DNA of 64,000 bases from the human T2T-CHM13v2.0 reference genome, Homo sapiens. The position numbers were made by a program, and so were the translations under genes. Where the stretch lies: assembly GCF_009914755.1 (NCBI RefSeq), contig NC_060944.1, one strand, 5' to 3'. Position 1 is the first letter of the stretch, and the number at the start of each line of letters is the position of its first letter. Below, one piece after another: positions 61,663-64,000 of the stretch. The notes beneath the pieces are model-generated. The model did not search any database. It was not told the origin of the DNA and saw nothing but the letters and a program-made list of their open reading frames with translations.

Positions 61663-61920
61663 TAATGTGTTACATGTTTACTGTGTGCCAAGCACTGGGC
61701 TGAGTGCTTCACACATATCGACTCATCCCATCCCCCACCACCTCACCAAGGTGGGTGATCCATGGACTACCATGGCAAATGGGGAAACCAAGGCACAAAA
61801 CACAACACAAAAACAAAAACAACACAATCATTTGCTAAAGTTCTGTGTGAGCTTGTAAGTGGCAGAGCCCAGATTCCGATTCAGGAAACGTGGCCCTTGA
61901 GCCTGCATTCGTAACCACCC
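61663..61920 (-). mobile_element. MIR
   Basis: tactgtgtgccaagcactgggct...aaatggggaaaccaaggcac...gtaagtggcagagcccagatt. Confidence 0.8.
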
Positions 61921-62311
61921 TGGGAAGGTGGTATGGGAAGACAACTCCAGCCTTGTAGTAGATTTTTATTTTATGGCTCGCCAGCTAACTAAAATCCTTT
62001 CAATAAATTGTCCTTCTGCTGAGCTCAGGCAGAGGGGCTTCTTTCTCTTATAATGAAGACCTTTGATTGATAAGGGTCCTTCTCCCTCACAGACAAGGAC
62101 ACCAGTGAGGAGAGTGGCTCTGCCCAAGGACACCTGCAAGCCGGTGCCTTGTCCTGCTGGTTCCCAATCAGTGCACTTCCTTGTTTGGAGTAAATTGATA
62201 TAGTACAAGAGAGATTCAAGGAAAAGATGGAATTTTAGCAGTTCACTACAGAGAGCCTGTAACTTAAATAGGAGAGTTGAGTAGGAATTTTAGGTTTGGA
62301 ACCAAGAACCT

Positions 62312-62860
62312 TCACTCATTCCCTTGCTTGGTCATTTCATTAAGACTGAGTGTTTACCACTTCCTGGGCTCTGTGCTAAGTACTTGAGATGTGAATGTAA
62401 GGAGTCTTTTAAGGAGCTTCCTGTCTATGGGGGAGACATGCAGATACAATAAAATGCCACCAGTCGTATAGCAAAACTCGCAGAAGGTACTGTGGGAGCA
62501 CAGAAGGGGAGCAGTTAACCTAAAACCAAAAGGAGCAATCTTGGAGAACTTCTTGAAGCAGGTGGCACTTCAGTTTAATTTTTTAAGAATAAACAGGAAT
62601 TAGACAAATGAAGGGTGACAGGAAAGACAAGATAGACTGGAGAGGCCACATACACAAAGGCCGATGGCAGGAGAAATGTTAGGTGTTTGAGGAACTGCAA
62701 GTAATTTGGGGTGTATTAGACCAGTGAGGAAAAAAATAGACCCGTGAACAACCTTTAGCATTAAAAAATTTAATTTTATCCTGAAGACAGTAAGGAATGG
62801 TCAACAGGAAGTAACATGATCAGATTTGCAGTAGTGTAGAAAATAGATTGGAGACAACTA
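62312..62860 (-). mobile_element. L2 fragment
   Basis: ggctctgtgctaagtactt...aaggagctt...gtactgtgggagcacaga...acatgatcagatttgca. Confidence 0.75.
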
Positions 62861-62879
62861 TTGGTTAAACATAGTGCAT

Positions 62880-64000
62880 TATATATGTGTTTATCTTTGT
62901 TCTCTCCAAAAATCCACGGAAATGATAATAACATAAAAAAAGTCATTAATCTGCAAGTACAGACAGAATGGAACAATAGCGGGCAGATGAGAGGTGTCAA
63001 CTCAGTTGTACAAGATGTCAAGTGGATGGAAGGGTGATACCTCATCAGTGAACTAGAGACAGTGGGATCCCTGCTTCTGCAGGATGGGAAAGGTGAGACA
63101 CCAACTAGAAGCAAGCTGATTCACATTGAGAAACCTTGAAAGCTTCAGAAATCAGGGTGCCAGATATCCATAAATGTACAGACTTGGGAAAGGCTGAAAA
63201 CAGAAGAATAAGTTGTTTATTAGGAACAATTACGTAAACTTCTAGATATGCTCTCTTCCCATACCACACAGTCAGGAAACCAGCCTGCACCCCAAACCTA
63301 GCAGAACTCTGAAGGCACATTTTCTGAGTTGAACTAGAAACATTCTGACTCAGGCATCAGCCGAGGTGAGGATGCTGGATGAGGCATCACATTACAATAG
63401 TGGGAGTAAGTGAAACTCTACATACTGAATGGTGAGACCCCTGCCTAGCACCCAGAAATGAAAGCCAGACCTGTACTCTCTAGGTAGGAAGTTGGAGGAG
63501 TGGAGGAGTCCTTTTGGGAGAAACCAATCTGCTCAAAACAAAAGGCCTACATAATGTTGACATTGGAGGTCCCCTGAGAGATTGCTAGATCCCTGCCTGC
63601 CCACTCTGCAGTGAAACCCTGAAGGAAATAGTCTCATCCTTCACAGAAACAGAGCTTTCAGTCAACATTTTAGTTCCTCACTCAAATATGAAAAAACAAC
63701 AAGGGATCATTAGGCACTTGAAAGGGAATGGCAGAAACCAAAGTGGAAAAGCAGGACAAAAAGGAATTTTAAACAAACAGAGACAGCGTGGAGCACATAT
63801 GAAACATCAAGAAAAGGATAAGTGATAGCTTCAGGTCTAGGAGAAGTTGTTGCACCCATGGAACAAGAACAGCATGCTGTATAAAAAGAACATTCAGAGA
63901 ACACAATAGAGCTCTTGGAAATAAAAATATGTAATAGCAAAAACAAAAAATCCAAAAAAATAGTGCCAACATAAAGTTGAGGAAATCTCCCGGAAAATAG
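62880..64000 (+). mobile_element. HAL1/L1ME-type 5' region and ORF1 start (runs off the window)
   Basis: aaaagaacattcagagaac...gagctcttggaaataaaaatatg...taaagttgaggaaatctccc. Confidence 0.7.

Overview
This is primate (human-like) genomic DNA with no intact protein-coding gene, RNA gene, CpG island or CRISPR array that I can support. Much of the window is recognisable transposon debris: five full or near-full Alus plus a free monomer, a near-full-length old L1 at about 29.6-36.7 kb with nested insertions, many L1M/L2/MIR fragments, MLT1/LTR16-type solo LTRs and hAT-Charlie MITEs. Subfamily names are by-eye calls and boundaries are approximate. The most interesting signal lies in the first 19 kb on the + strand. 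A signal-peptide-like micro-exon, a splice-bounded 24-bp (8-codon) degenerate tandem repeat reading as Ser/Thr- and N-glycosylation-rich TSQHVNVS units, a GAIN-like exon and segments resembling ADGRA-family (GPR123/124/125) transmembrane helices occur in the order expected for an adhesion GPCR. This may be a long-dead unitary pseudogene. The protein matches are weak and compared from memory, so this is a hypothesis that needs frameshift-aware HMM and comparative checks. Also noted: a local ~250-bp duplication ending in a 70-nt hairpin, two ancient non-L1 LINE fossils, two CpG-retaining enhancer-like unique blocks, and a tail-less AluY with intact target-site duplications (TSDs).
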